Shown: positions 1-13,700 of the stretch, one piece after another | Position numbering within the stretch: position 1 is the first letter of the stretch | How the letters are laid out: every line of letters begins with the position of its first letter | Assembly (NCBI GenBank): GCA_030704615.1 | Contig: CM060732.1 | Coordinates: 80,476,001 to 80,540,000 of the forward strand | Direction: 5' to 3' | Length of the DNA stretch: 64,000 nucleotides | From: Takakia lepidozioides | Taxonomy: Eukaryota > Plantae > Bryophyta | Made by a program: the position numbers and the translations under genes | The notes under the pieces: model-generated | What the model was told of the DNA's origin: nothing | The model's database searches: none | Seen by the model: only the letters and a program-made list of their open reading frames with translations

Positions 1-38
1 GGTACCGCTGGATTGTAGCAGGTCCGGTCAAACGTAGG

Positions 39-3000
39 ATGGCTCCTCAGGCAGATCGCTTGGAGAGCGATTCAGCTCCGCCAGGAGAAGGAACCGTCCT
101 CGTGAAGCGCAAGAAGGAGAAGGATTTTTCGGAGAGTGGTGAGGAAGGCGATGCTCTGGTGCCTGAAAGAAGAACACCTTCACACTTGTCTACTACAAGG
201 TATGGGTTTTAGGGCTTAACATGATCTTGCTAGTATTTTGGGTCTTTTTCTGGAGGACAAAATTGTTTTAGAGGCTGATTTGGAATCCCAATCCTTGAGG
301 TTGGTCGCACTTGGGGCTGTGTCTGTGTGTAGTAGAACTCTCTTCTATCTGTTTCTACGCAAGCTCTCCTGTTCCAGGTTACCCTCACTTCCTCAAAAAG
401 ACTTCCCTCGTCTCTTTGTCTCTCTCTCTTTGTGTCTCTGTGTGTTGGTTTACAAGATGTGAATCCACTCGAGACTGTCCCTTCTTGATCCATGGCCAGT
501 GTTTTTGTTTGAGGTGTACTATGGACAGACTGGAAGTGAGAAGTTTGCTTTCGCCAGGTCATTTGAGTTCGCCCTATGATCATCCGGTTTTTAGGGGCCA
601 GGAGTTGAACTATCAATTGCCAAGTTGTGCAATATGTGGCCCTAGTCTGAACTGGTTTCACCTCTAGTTCCATGTACGTTTTGAAAACAAAGACACTGGC
701 CATGGTGGACAGGAAGGGGAGGGGCCGGCTTTCCAATGTATTGGGAGTTAGAAGTGAGTGGGTTGGTCTTCCCCTCTTACTCTTATGGTAAGCCCTTTCC
801 GAATATTTGGTAGCAAACATATAATGGGTTTCTTCTTGTGGAGTGGTGCCTACCAGTCTCTTGTTAAGTACTTAGTTTGTTTAATGCAAATGCCTAGAGA
901 CTTGCAATAGGCGTTCTCAACAACTGAAGATAGCGGCACTTATTCCACAAACTTGTTTCTGGATCTCTTTACTATCCCTGTGGCTGCACTGCTTCAGCCC
1001 TCACGCAACTGTCACAAACTGATATCCTTCATCGTTCTCACTATTCTCACTAAGAGAACCTGTCCACTTGCATCAAACAGAGATGGGGGAGATACATCAC
1101 TCTAGATGTATCTCTAGAGCAAAGATTTTGGGGGTTTGACCTCACAAGGACAAAAACCCAGATTTGCAACAGCAATTTGCAAAGCCAACAACAAACCCGT
1201 GGCAGGGAATTATGCATTGTTTGATGTAAGAGCTGGCATTGCCCTTTTGCTAAAATATAGTAGGTTGATTCCAGCCCTGGTACTACCCAGGGTACACATT
1301 CTAGTCTACCTCCCCCTGCTTGAAAACAACTCAGGGAGGTTGCAAATGCAGGAACTAAACTTCTTGTCCTTGCAGCAATGAAGAGCCCTAGCGGTCATGC
1401 ACATAACTCTTGCACGTCCCAATTGCTGGCCATCCTCCCAACTGTGAGAAAAATTGTCAACCATACAGTGAAAATTGTTAACCCACAAGCATGTGTAACC
1501 ATTGTCTGTGGTGTACCCAGAAAAGCCTTTGCCATCGGTTACCATAACCATAGGCAGTGTCCTTAGGATAGTGGGTGCTTTCTGGTCTGAAATGAGCCGG
1601 AGGTATTCGCCTCAGTGGCCAAACGGAAAATATGCAAAGTGTCTTGTTTACTGTCGAATTCTTCTGGAAATTTGCATCCCCTCTCAGTTTGATTTGAGAA
1701 GGGAAGGCTGGGCACCCAAATATGAGGTTGATCTGGGTAGAGAGATGCAGGAATGACTCTTGACATAATTTTACGTGCTGGTTTCAGATTCTCTGAGTTT
1801 GACATATCTCCGCTGTCACTGAAGGCCATCCACGAGGTTATGGGATTTAAAACTATGACTGTGGTGCAAGATGCTACGCTTCCTACCATCCTCCAAGGTA
1901 CACATACCTTCTGTGTTGTTTTCAAACTTGTTCATTCATATCAGTCTCCTATGTCCTGTCCAGGAATCGGCACTTCTGAAATTTGTACTGGGTAAAATTT
2001 GGTCAAGAATTTGGTAACTTACAAAGGTCTCGTATAAATGTAATTTTGTGTTGGTGATTCAGCCTGCTCAAGCACAAGAAAGTATTTGCTTACTAATCAT
2101 CCAATAGGAAATGTCCAATTGTAGAACAGAGTCTCCATCTCATGTAAGGAAGTGTTTTGTTTCTTCTGCGTGTTTGTGGCATTGTAGAGAACCACTATCT
2201 TCATGTTGGAGGAAACAAAGGATTGCAGGTCTCATGTTCTGTCAATGTGTTTGGTATGATGCAGGTAAAGATGTGCTGGCAAAGGCCAAAACTGGCACCG
2301 GCAAAACTATTGCTTTTCTGGTATACATTTCCCCATCTTTACTATGTACTTGGCTCAGGATCTTTATAGTTGGCATCAATGGACCCAACACTTTGTTCCC
2401 AACTAAGTGGTCCCTTGCTTGTCATGATATTGATTAGCTGCCAGCGATCGAGACAGTCCTGAAGTCCCGTGCCTCTCAAAAGACAGTAGGCCGGACCCCA
2501 ATCAATGCGGTTATAATATGCCCCACCCGTGAACTCGCGAACCAAGCAGCTGCTGAAGCGAAGATGTTGATGACTTTCCACCTTGGTCTGGGGGTGCAAG
2601 TTGTGATTGGTGGGACTAACATGGAGACAGAGACAAAGAGACTTGAGAAGCAGCCATGCCAGGTTAGTTCCCTCTCCTCCTTCCTTCTTTTTATCCGTAA
2701 GGCCTTGCGAGGATGGATCCTAGACTAAGGTTTGACAATGATCAGACTAGATTTGTTGGTTAGGAAGATGCACGCTCCCTATTTCTCTGCACAACTCACA
2801 ATACCTGCATGAGACACAGGCATAACAGTCTGTTTGAGTTCTTTACCATAAACATTCACTCAAACACACTGATGGAAGATCTCATGAAGAGTTTGTTGTT
2901 GTTGTTGTAAGCTGCTAGTGGGGACACCAGGAAGGTTGCTCGATCATATCCAGTCGAATGAAAATGTACGAAAGCAGCTGCGAAATGTGAAAGTGTTGGT

Positions 3001-6000
3001 GCTAGATGAAGCGGATCAATTATTGGACATGGGGTTCAGGAAGAGCCTTGATGGCATCATCAAGGTTTTGCCACAAATGAGGCAGACACTTCTCTTTTCA
3101 GCAACTGTGCCAAAGGAGGTCAGTTATTACTCACGTGGTTCTCTTCTACACTGTAATCTGCGTTCTAAACTGTAATCTGCATTGAAGTTCAGAAGGACAA
3201 GAAAAAAGATTTGATTTAGGTAGACAGGGATCAGATGGGAATCCATGGAGAGTTTGGGATTGAGTGTGTCTGCAGTTGGTTTGGTAGGATAGGCAGTTAC
3301 TGATAATGCCAGCTTGGATTCCTTGCAGGTCCATAATATGTGTCAAATTGCATTGAAGAAAGATCATGTTTTTGTTGACACAGTTGGGCAGGAAGATGAG
3401 GAGACACATGCTAAGGTGAGAGCTTGGCCATCCCTCTAGTGAACAGTGAGTCATACCTCTGTTAACTTATCTTCAAGAATCAGCGTCATATTATTTCGAG
3501 TTGTGGTGTCAGCGAATGGTATGCTCAGGGGCAGCTGAACTAGGAATACATGACCATTGAGGTAGCTGACTTTGTCCAATGTGTGGAGCTACAATTATAT
3601 TGGCTATTAGCTATGTGCATGCTAGATTATATTATTTTTCAGTCAAGAAGGGAGATATATACCTGATGTTACAATATATTCTGACAATGAGCAATCTTCG
3701 TGGGGTAACATTTTGGCATTCATGAAGGGAGATGTACACACCTGTTGTGGACAACATATTTGTCTAAGAGAAATCTTAATGCAGAATATTCTATTTTTTG
3801 CAGTCAAGAAAGAAGATGTGCACACCTGCTGTAGAAAATCTTTGTTACAGATTGCAGCTTCTTATTGACAGATATTTTCCTCTAAATGTGTGTCAAGTTT
3901 ATAGTAGCACCTGGAGGTGTAGGAAAAGGGTTCTAATGCATCTCAAATGTGGTTTGTATGGATGCTGTAGGTTAAGCAGGAGTATCTTATCGTCCCTTTG
4001 GAGAAGCAGTTGGGAGCCATCTATTCTCTGCTCAAGGAACATGGCACAGAGGATCCAAACTTCAAGGTCTGTGACAAGGGTTGTGTCTGCATGTTCTCCC
4101 CATGACTGTCAGATTCTAAACAATTGATTGTTTCAAGATGGTGGTGGTCATGGGACTTACCATTCGGAGGGGATTCCACTTTGTTCCTCTCACTCTGCTG
4201 GGCAGACATTTACTGGATGCATATCCTTAAGATTTTCAAAGGTGTATTCTGCCCTGTCATACATCAGTTCCCTACTACTGGCCAAGGTCCTGGATTATTG
4301 AAGATCTTTTCACTGCTCAGTCAAGCCCCCTGCATTGGCAAGACCTACGACTATACTGGACCAGACGTTTGATCTTGAAATACTGACGTAGCCCCCAACA
4401 TGGTCTTTGAGCTCCCCGGAGAAGATTGTACTCATAAGACGTTGTTTGCCGTAGCCTTGTGGGCATTGACCCCGCGCCCAGTTTGAGCGGGAACAAAAGG
4501 GACAGAACCTACCTCTGTCAGGGGCTGACGTTGGTAGTAAGACTTACCTTCATATATAGAATTAATCCGGGTTTTCCAGATATCCTCTAGAAATCCCTTC
4601 ACACAAGCATCAATCTGCTGAATGTGATTTGCCCAAACACTAGGCCTCAGGAGGGCCTGGGCTTTTGGCTCAGCCTCGAGACTTTCAAAGTTGGTAAACA
4701 GGGGTACAGGCACAATTCCCTTGATAGATTTGAAGAGAGCGTCTCTTTGGTGAGAGAACCCGGGACAGTGTATCAGAAAATGAATACTGTCTTCAGATTG
4801 CCCACACAACGGGCAATTGCACTCTCCCTTTCCTCTCTGCTTCTGTTTGCTGTTCAAAGGTAGGCTTCCTGCCCTGAGTTTAAATTTCAGTCTAGTGCCG
4901 AGAGTGGGTAGACCCTTGAGCTCCCCGGAGAAGAGATTGGGGCTATGCCTGAGGCCTACATGCAAACTAAGGCATGGTGGACATTAACAGCTATCTTTAT
5001 CCCCCGCTATTACTGAAGATGGCGTGTACAAATCATTTGCAATTCCAATTGATTCTGGGATGTTCCAGAGTCCTGCACTAACCACTTATCATATCATCCG
5101 TTCAAACAGGAGTTCAAAGGCACATGTGCCGCCTCCCATGCAAGTGGGAAGGGCCAAGTTCAGTCACCCTGAGTTCAAACCCAAGGAGGGTTGTAGTTTG
5201 TGGCACTACACCCTCTTGTTCTCAGTCTTAGATAAAGACAAATGGATGAGTGCCAGAGCAAACAAGGTGACAATTCCTGTATGGAAGAAATGAATTTGAT
5301 GATGTATCAGAGCTCATGTGGTATCATGTCTTTTGGAGGCAGGTTCTGGTGTTCTGTACAACTGCTCGTGTCACGGCCTTTATGGCAGACTTTTACAAGA
5401 AGTTGGGTTTAAACACACTGGAGATCCATTCCCGCAAGTCACAAGCCGCCCGCACAAAGGTTTCGGATGAGTTCCGCAAGTCCAAGGGTGGTGTCATCAT
5501 GTTCACCTCTGATGTGTCTGCCCGGGGTGTGGACTATCCGGATGTCTCTCTTGTAGTTCAGGTATATAGCTCATTTGAAAGTTTCTGGGCCCTCTTGGGT
5601 TCAGGGATTTGGACCGAGTTCAGTAGATACTACGTATTTGATTACCGCACCAAGTATTGTGGGTGGCTCGGGTTGTGTCCTGACCTTGTGGTTTAAATCT
5701 GGCTGCATACTCTATTGAGCTCTCAACGGTCCAATATAGGACCACATGTGGCAGTGGCATAATCAGGTAATTGCTTTTGGGCTGGGACAGGTGGGGACAC
5801 CAGCTGGACGGGAGCAGTACATACACAGATTGGGACGAACTGGGCGTGCTGGGAAGGAAGGCCAAGGGTTGCTTTTGCTGATGCCTTGGGAGGTGGTGTT
5901 TCTGCGGTCTCTTAAGGATATCTCCATTGCTGAAGCAAGGCCTGTACAAGTGTCCGCTACTATTGAAGAGAAGGTATGACTGGAAGATCCACTGAAGGAT

Positions 6001-6568
6001 TGTACTGTCCACTTTGAAAGCTATATGCTTTTATGCATCTTTCTCTGTCTCTCTTACTCCTGTCTGTCTCCCTGTTGCTTTGGTCTGCACACACTCTCCT
6101 CCCCATGTGAGTGTAGGCAATCTGGGGCCGAGTGGAATGGGCTGGAATGGCACAGCTGGGCTCTGTACTACACTTCTACATATTTTTGTCCCCTCAATGG
6201 GATTTAATAGTCACCACTTTTAGTGCAGGGCTAATGACTACAGCTTTGCCTAGCTCTCTATCTCTGATGCACATGCACATTCCTCTACCCATGTTGTCGC
6301 CTGGAGCTTTCTGACCTACACCATACATGAATTCTTGCAGTTGGACAAAGTACTCCGAGGTGTGAGTAACGATGTGAAGGAGAAGGCCTATCAAGCATGG
6401 CTTGGATACTACAACTCGTGTAACAGTCTTGGGTGGGATAAACCAACATTGGTGAAGCGTGCAAACATCTTTTCCTCAACCCTTGGTCTTGATGAACCTC
6501 CAGCGCTTCTGAAACGGACAATTGGGATGATGGGTTTGAGAAATGTGCCTGGCTTGCGGTCTACCTGA
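39..6568 (+). CDS. DEAD-box ATP-dependent RNA helicase, RH25/RH26/RH31 (Mss116-like) subfamily, 10 exons. The reading frame is open upstream of ATG39, so the gene may start before the window.
   Basis: GT-AG exons at about (39)-199, 1788-1897, 2265-2320, 2438-2662, 2912-3118, 3329-3415, 3971-4066, 5343-5561, 5791-5973 and 6341-6568 join in frame. Motifs: Q motif (RFSEFDISPLSLKAI..MTVVQ), AKTGTGKT, PTRELA, TPGRLLD, DEAD, SAT, SARGVD, HRLGRTGR, and the family C-terminal AYQAWLGYY. Confidence 0.93.
4426..4915 (-). mobile_element. 5'-truncated non-LTR retrotransposon (LINE, RTE/RTEX-like) in helicase intron 7
   Basis: Encodes the LINE C-terminal zinc finger CPLCGQSEDSIHFLIHC. Flanked by a perfect 19-bp direct repeat TTGAGCTCCCCGGAGAAGA (4407-4425 and 4916-4934), read as the target-site duplication (TSD). 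Homologous to copies at 8.8, 14.5, 16.9 and 25.8 kb. Confidence 0.9.
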
Positions 6569-7720
6569 TTTCTTTCAGTCTCATTTTCATAGTGTAGGTT
6601 TCTTTCCTTATCTCTGGTTCTCAGGAAAGCAACTGGCAGCGCAAACTCAGCCACGGTTGCTCCATCTTTTTGAAGCTAGGGGGCTAGAGCAATGGTTCTG
6701 GAATGCACCTGAAGGTTACAGATAGTGTCAAATCAAGGTCCCGTTGTTATGGGAGGTGCGCAGGCAATATGACGACTCGGGGCTGTCTCACAAACCCCTC
6801 TCTCATTGTCAGGTTCTGCAGTTATTGCTAGTTATTAACATAGGGCACTGATAACAAATGCTGTATTTGCTGGCCTCTCTTTCACTGCAGTGCTACTGGG
6901 GATATGATTGATGGGTTTGAAAAATCGCCTGTTTGGATGGACTACACCTTGCTGATGAAATTAGTTGTAGACAATTACAGTAGGTATCAGGCAATTTTTG
7001 TAGTGGCAGAGAGAGCACCGCAATAGACAGGACATGTCAGTTAGAGGTATGGGCTTACTAAATCTTAGTTACACCAATTTTAAGTTGACACTTTTAAGTG
7101 AGCAACAAAGACAGTTCTGCTCATGGATCTAAGAATGTGTTCCTTTTTGAGAAGGAGTCTCCATGGTAATATCGTCTTGACAGCAATCCAATGTGAGTTA
7201 TGCCTAGCTGCTCTGCGGACACAGTTGGCCGATGTGAGTTCCAGTTGAGACAGCACCTCCTTCACTTTTGCGTGATGTCTCTCTTTTGTCTCTTTCTCTC
7301 CTGTGCTGTTTCCTCACCGCGTTTTGACCCATCCAATTAACGCAGTCCACTTCCAACATGAACTGCCCTACAATGTCAACTAAACACTCCACACCTGTGT
7401 GAGGCAGAGGAAGAACAGCACCCTAACAAAGTCCAAGATGGTCTTGAAGAGGCACCTGCATCTACCTGTCACTTCTAACCGCGCTTTGGTACCGAGGACA
7501 AGGCAGATCTTACTTATTAGGTTTGCTTATGCAGTACTGAGTAGCAGAAGGCCAAAGCATAGCAGCAGCAGAAGGCTTCCATCTTTGCAACCCTTATAAG
7601 TAGTTATCTTTTTTAGTGGGTACCTTAGAGCTATGATTCACACTTGATGTGGGTTGCCCTCTCTCTCTTGAGAAAGAAGAGAGACATAGGCGCATGCGAG
7701 GAGCTGCAAGGGCTGGAGCG

Positions 7721-10700
7721 ATGGAGTCTGTCCTCGCTCGCTCCATGCTCCAAGCCCCTCATGTGTCTTGCTCCTCGCACTGCCCTCCCCCGCCTGGACC
7801 TTTTCACTTGCCCTGCGCACCAGTGAAGCAGTCTCTTACTGACCTTGCCGTCTTGGCAAGGATAGCACGGGGTGGCCTTCGGGTTTCAGGCTGGAACCCC
7901 TGCCTCAAGCTCCGGCCAGGATCAGAGCGTGCGTCATTACGGTTATACCCCGTTGTTTGCGGGAGTAACCACGATTCACCTGCGAGAGGGGAATTAATAG
8001 CGCAATTTAGAGCTGTGGAATCTGGAGCTCCTGAGAAGATAAGAGAAGGACGAGAACAGCTATGGAAATGCTACCTGAGAAAGGGGGGGGAGGCAGTCGC
8101 TAGGATTCTTCTTGTAGCACTGGTTACTCTTCCTCCAAGTGCCGATGTTGCGCTCTCTGCATTCGCGTCAGAACCTGCTGTCAATTCTCTTCCAGAAACA
8201 CTCATCGTCTCTGGTGCACGGCAAGTTTCAATCTTGGAACCACCCTCGCTGTGTCAGACCACCCAGGCCGCCACCTCCATTCCTCTTGCAATTTCTCAGT
8301 TGCCATCATCTCAAATTGTGAGTTCTGTTCCACTGCTTGCACTCCATTTTGATTAAGTGTATGCCTATGCCTATTGATCAAAAGGAAGCATTGTAGCAAG
8401 CAACCAGATACACGACACAACTGACAGACCTGAATTTGAAAATCTGCATGTAAACTATGTGAGCGAGGATTCACACAATTTTGTGCATCTAGCTCTCGTA
8501 CAGGGAGTCAGAGAGTCTTTCTGGCTTTTGAGTGTCACGTATACCTAGTGGCTAAAGATCATTTTTGGGGCTCTGGAATGTTGTGCTGAGATCTTAGTGC
8601 TCCAGAGTTTTGAGAGCCCTTAAAAGAACACTGAACGAATCGGTACTGCATGCTGGGCCGGGCATTCGGAATGCCGGGCTGGTTTTCATATCCTGGTGTA
8701 TTTGAACCCAAGCAACTCGCCTTTTCAGAGACTCCGTGCAGCTCTGGGAGGGGGTATATCTGGGGGGACAGTAGAGTAACTTCTCACAGGAAACTGTCGT
8801 TGTGCACCCATGTCCCTCTCTCTCTCTCTTAACTCAGAGCGGGGAGTCTACTGAACAATAAACAGATGCAGAGAGGAAAGGGAGATCGTCAATGCCCGAT
8901 GTGTGGGGAATACAACATCTTATGAGTACATTCTTTTTTGGGAGTGGATTTGTTTCTAATAACCCCACAACTCATGGTTTGGCAGGAGAACCCATAAGCG
9001 GAGATAGACTTCAGATTTGGATAAGCTTGAAAGAACATCTAAAAGGCGGGACCTGCCCCTCAGATAGCACTTGTAAAAGTAATGGAGACCTACTATATTT
9101 ATTTTCTCTCTCCTTGCTTCTCTGTCTCTCTCCCTCTCTTATCCAGTCTCACAAAGTAGTGATCAGTGTTCCTTGTTGGCAAAGACAGGGTCTTCCCTCT
9201 TCTTCATCAATCTCTGGTAATAAGGGAGCATGCCTCAATGAAAGAGCAAACTTGGGGACAACTGAGGACAGGGAATTACCACCGGAGTGTACTGAACAAG
9301 GAGCATTGAACGTGGTAGCAAAAGAGCAGACGGTGGAAGAGGAGGTCACAAATGAATCAGTGGTTGAGGAGGCATGGCAGGTTGTGAATGAAAATTTTCT
9401 GGATGCCCGCCATCATTCTTGGTCAGCTGATGCTTGGCTGGTTTGCTTACTCCCCTGACCCTTATGTTCCTGTTTCCTTAAACCCAAAGGATGGTGTACT
9501 CATGGGACCTGTGGCTTGCTTAGATCTTGCAGTCAAGACCCTGGGTCCATTTGGACCAAGACAAGAAGTGAGTGGGGCAGGGGAGGGGAGCCTACTCTCA
9601 CAAAAAGGAAGAAGGAAAGAAATATTGAAACTTATTACGTCCCCGGCATGCCCAAGAGAGAGAGGAAGAGGACTAATGGACAAAGAAGCATGAGGCCATG
9701 AACAACTTAGTTATGGGATTGTCTAATTTCTGTTTCTGGGCACATAAGAGCAGAGAGAAAAAAGGGTTTGATGGTCATCAGCTCAGCAGTTGCTTTTCTG
9801 GTCCATGGAAAGGACCTGTTGGTATATAGTAGAACATGAAACAAGGACATGGATTTACTGGATACCCGCCTTTTATAAGTTGGGTTTCTCAATTTCATTC
9901 TTATCTGCAGTGTCAAGTGATTGCCCAACTATTTTGGAGGATCCTGTATCCAAAGGCTCTGTCTTTGGCTCGTAGGTGAACTAGGGCAATATGCTCTTAT
10001 TTTGGTTCGTTATGTGAACTAGGGCTCTCTTATTTTTACATTTTTGTCAAAGATTGAGGGTACTGCAAATGAAAAATTTCTCATTACAAAGGGCAAGATA
10101 CGGTTTGGAGTTCAGTAAGTGGCATATTGCCCATGATTGCAGAAGAAGAAAGAGGAGGTTTTGAAAAGACCCATTCGAAGCAGAATGGCTGCCTATGGAG
10201 CTATCCGCAGCATGTTGTTGAGCTTGAATGATCCATACACTCGATTCCTCTCCCCAGACCAGGTATTGCCTGATTGTTGTACAGAATTGATCACATTTCT
10301 CATGGCAAAAGTACTTAGTAGGGTCCCACAGGGAAATAGTGCCTTCAATACTGCGATATGTTCACATCATATACTTGTATTTTAGATCTAGAACTGGTAC
10401 AAATGGACCTCAACCATGTTTCACTGAATGCATTGGCTGGCATTTGGTGGTGGGATTTTCTTACGGCTGACTGCAGTGTGATATCACTTAAGTGACTCAT
10501 CACTTGTTGTTTAGCCAAGCATGTGTGCTGGAATAGGAATCATTGTAGCTTAAGATTTAGGTTCTCAACATGTGATGGTTTTCCCTTTAGTGGTAAGTCA
10601 CATCATGGCTGCTGGACTAGCCAAAAATTGTGGCCTGTAGATAGCTTGTGTTTACACGTAGGATGTCCATGAGTAAGGCAGATGCTGAAGATGTGCATCC

Positions 10701-13700
10701 CTCACCTGCAGGACCTGGGCTGTTTCCATGGCAGTTTTCTCAGCTCGCAAAGTATGATGTGACGGGGATTGGGCTGAATCTTGGGGAGGTGGCAAATGAC
10801 CACGGCGTTACAAACCTGAAAGTGCTGGGCCTTGTGCTGGGCAGTCCAGCACAGTTGGCTGGGGTTCGACAAGTAAGTAATTATCTCTTTTTACCTCCTC
10901 CGTTCTATACATGGACAGTTTCATGCGGGCACCTGTGAGAACATCACCACCTTGTCATTTCTAGATTCAAATTCTGGTGTTGTCTTCCTTGAAGCTGAGG
11001 CATCTTGTCGGTCTCAGTTCTATTGCAAGTGCTAAGAAAACTTCTCTCACGAGCTTCATCAAACCATGGAAGTTTGAGCTTCAAGTCGCCGATTGAATTA
11101 TGTGTCTCAAATCTCAATCTGATGATCCTGTCACATAATGCTTGAAACTCCTTGGACCCTATTTGGTAACTGGCTGCAACTCAACTGGAAAGCAGGTAGC
11201 TAGTTTGTTGATAAAAGGTACCATCTTGTTGTTGCTACAGGGTGATGAGTTGCTTGCTGTGGATGGGAGCAGTGTGAATGGTAAAACAGCCTTTGAAGCA
11301 GCATCTCTCATTCAAGGCCCTAAGGGCATGCCTGTTTCTATTGAGGTTTCCCTCTCTCTCATTTCATTTCTCTCTTTACCTTGTCGCCTGGGCTATGGCA
11401 GCAGTGCTGGAATGAGCCCTTATTGTTTACCAGTATGAGGTCAGTGCAGGTCTGTAGATTAAATGACACTCAATTCCCTGTATCTGTCGCCTAGGATACG
11501 CTGGTCTCTACATTGAATGCTACTTAGTTCCTTCTTAGTGTTGTCGGTTGTGTGTGAGTGCGATGGCCAGTTCAGGCTGAGTCTCATCTACCTTGATGGG
11601 CTGAATACCACAACTCCGTGGTTAACAGAGATTAACATTGGAAACACCTATCAGTGAGTAAGGTTTTCAGAGGAGAGTGGTCAGCTCATGGTGCAGATTC
11701 CATGTCCATGGAGAGTGGTTACATCTCCAAATCAAGTGGGTGTGGCATTCTTGTGGTGCAGATCAGGCATAGCCCTTGCGCAGAGGCACATAGCATCACT
11801 GTGGCCCGCCAGCAGGATGTTCGTACGCCAGTCTTTTATCGCCTCGAACACTCCCAAGATTCTGGTCAGCTTACTGGTTATATCCGTCTACGAGAATTCA
11901 ATGCTCTTGCTAAGCGGGACCTTGTTACTGGTAAGTTACTTGCCCTACGCTTGTCACTGATTCCTTTCAGCAGGCCTATGGTTGAGGAGTTGCACAGCAA
12001 AATCCCCAAAGTTTTCTGAATTCGTTTACATACAGAGTTGGCCACCTTCAAAGTCTGTTATGGATGAAGTTCTATGCAGGACTCGAAATTACTCATATGA
12101 CATGTCCGGTGGGGGTATAACATGGAATTAGTAAACCCAGTGTTCTGAGGATGGACTCAAAAATGCTTACCATAGGAAGGCCACGTGTCGTAAGGAGTAA
12201 AAAGGTGATGGGGTGACACTCCGATTCATGCATGCAGCCATGAAGAGATTGCAGGATGCAGGTGCCACATCGTATCTCCTTGACTTGCAAGACAATCCAG
12301 GTGGCCTTGTGCAGGTATTCCAAGTTTCCTGAATAATCTTACCCAATGAGAGGGTATACTGTTTCTTTCATTGACGAATTATCTGGACTTGGAGGAATGA
12401 GGGTTCTATTCTCCTTTGCTGAAATTTAAAGAGTTTGTTCAATCTGTCAGCTAGCTGTCAGTTGGTACGTGCAGCAGTTGGGTCTGGTGTCTTGTTTAGT
12501 GCTTGACGACTCTGAAACGGCAATTCTAAATGCAACCATTTGGAATGCTTTCAGGAGGAGTGATAATGGTAATTGATGTGACATATGTGTTTGCAGGCAG
12601 GCATTGAAATAGCAAGACTGTTTCTGGATGGTGGTGAGACGGTACTGTCTAACTTGCTTTGCTGATTTGTGCTTGTGTATCGTCTTTCTACTTAAGCAGG
12701 GTTAGAAGATGGTGCAGAGTCAGCGTGCTCATTCCTTTGGGTGTAGTTCTGTCTTGGAAAAACCATGGCGAACAAGAGTGAATCTTAAGAGAGAATTCAG
12801 ATGGTGCAGGGTCAGTTTTGGCCATGGCCATGGTAGGCCAGCAAAGGGAAGATAGCTTCATAGAGAGTGAATGTTAAGTGTTCTCGTTGTAGCCTTATGA
12901 CCATGTATCCTGTGTGCAGTCTGGATAGAGCAGAAAGAAGGTAGTTTAGTTCCCACTTGCAGGGATGACCATGCTGCCTTTGCAGTGATGCGGTCAAAAG
13001 CATTGGAATCAATAAATTTTTCTTCAGGGTACCTCACTTACGTTCGGTCATATTCACAAGTCTCTTACAACATGCCTCCGCATTTAGATGAATGTTCGGT
13101 CCTGACAATGTGCAGGTAATAGAGACAGTAGGGAGGGATCCACAGTCATTTCGCAGTGTTCTTGCTTCAGGTCCACCATTGACCAGGGCTCCTCTCATGG
13201 TATGCTCAAGCATGGTCACTCTTAAGAACCTGTGTCCACATGTTGGGGTTTACGCAAAGTATAGCAAGGCAGGACAGCAATCTTTCTGAAATCAACCTCA
13301 TATTACCCTCAACATCATCTTCTTTAGTTTGATGTCAGTGTTGGTCATTCAGTTCACTGAATTCCCTGTAACAGATCATTGTTGGCTGTGCGGCAGCTCT
13401 AATGCAGTTTCAGGGCAAGTTTTATAGCATCGGGGGGTAAACCTTGTGACTGGCTCCAGGAGAGTCAGTATCCCCTGGATCTAAGCACTATGAGTATGTT
13501 ATAGGTGACAGACATATGGGTTGGACAATATGTACATCTCTTGTCTCCAACCATCTGCCCCTTCTCAAGAGAACCCATACAATGACTGCAAACAAACAGA
13601 CAAGTCATTTCCTAGCTAGATGATTCCTGTGCTGTACATGTCTGCAGTTATATTTTGAAGACATGGTTTTGCCCTCTTACACCACCATTGGACCCCCGAC

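Noticed and set aside
230-820. 196-aa minus-strand ORF
   Set aside because: It lies within helicase intron 1, is antisense to a TC-rich tract and has no recognisable motifs.
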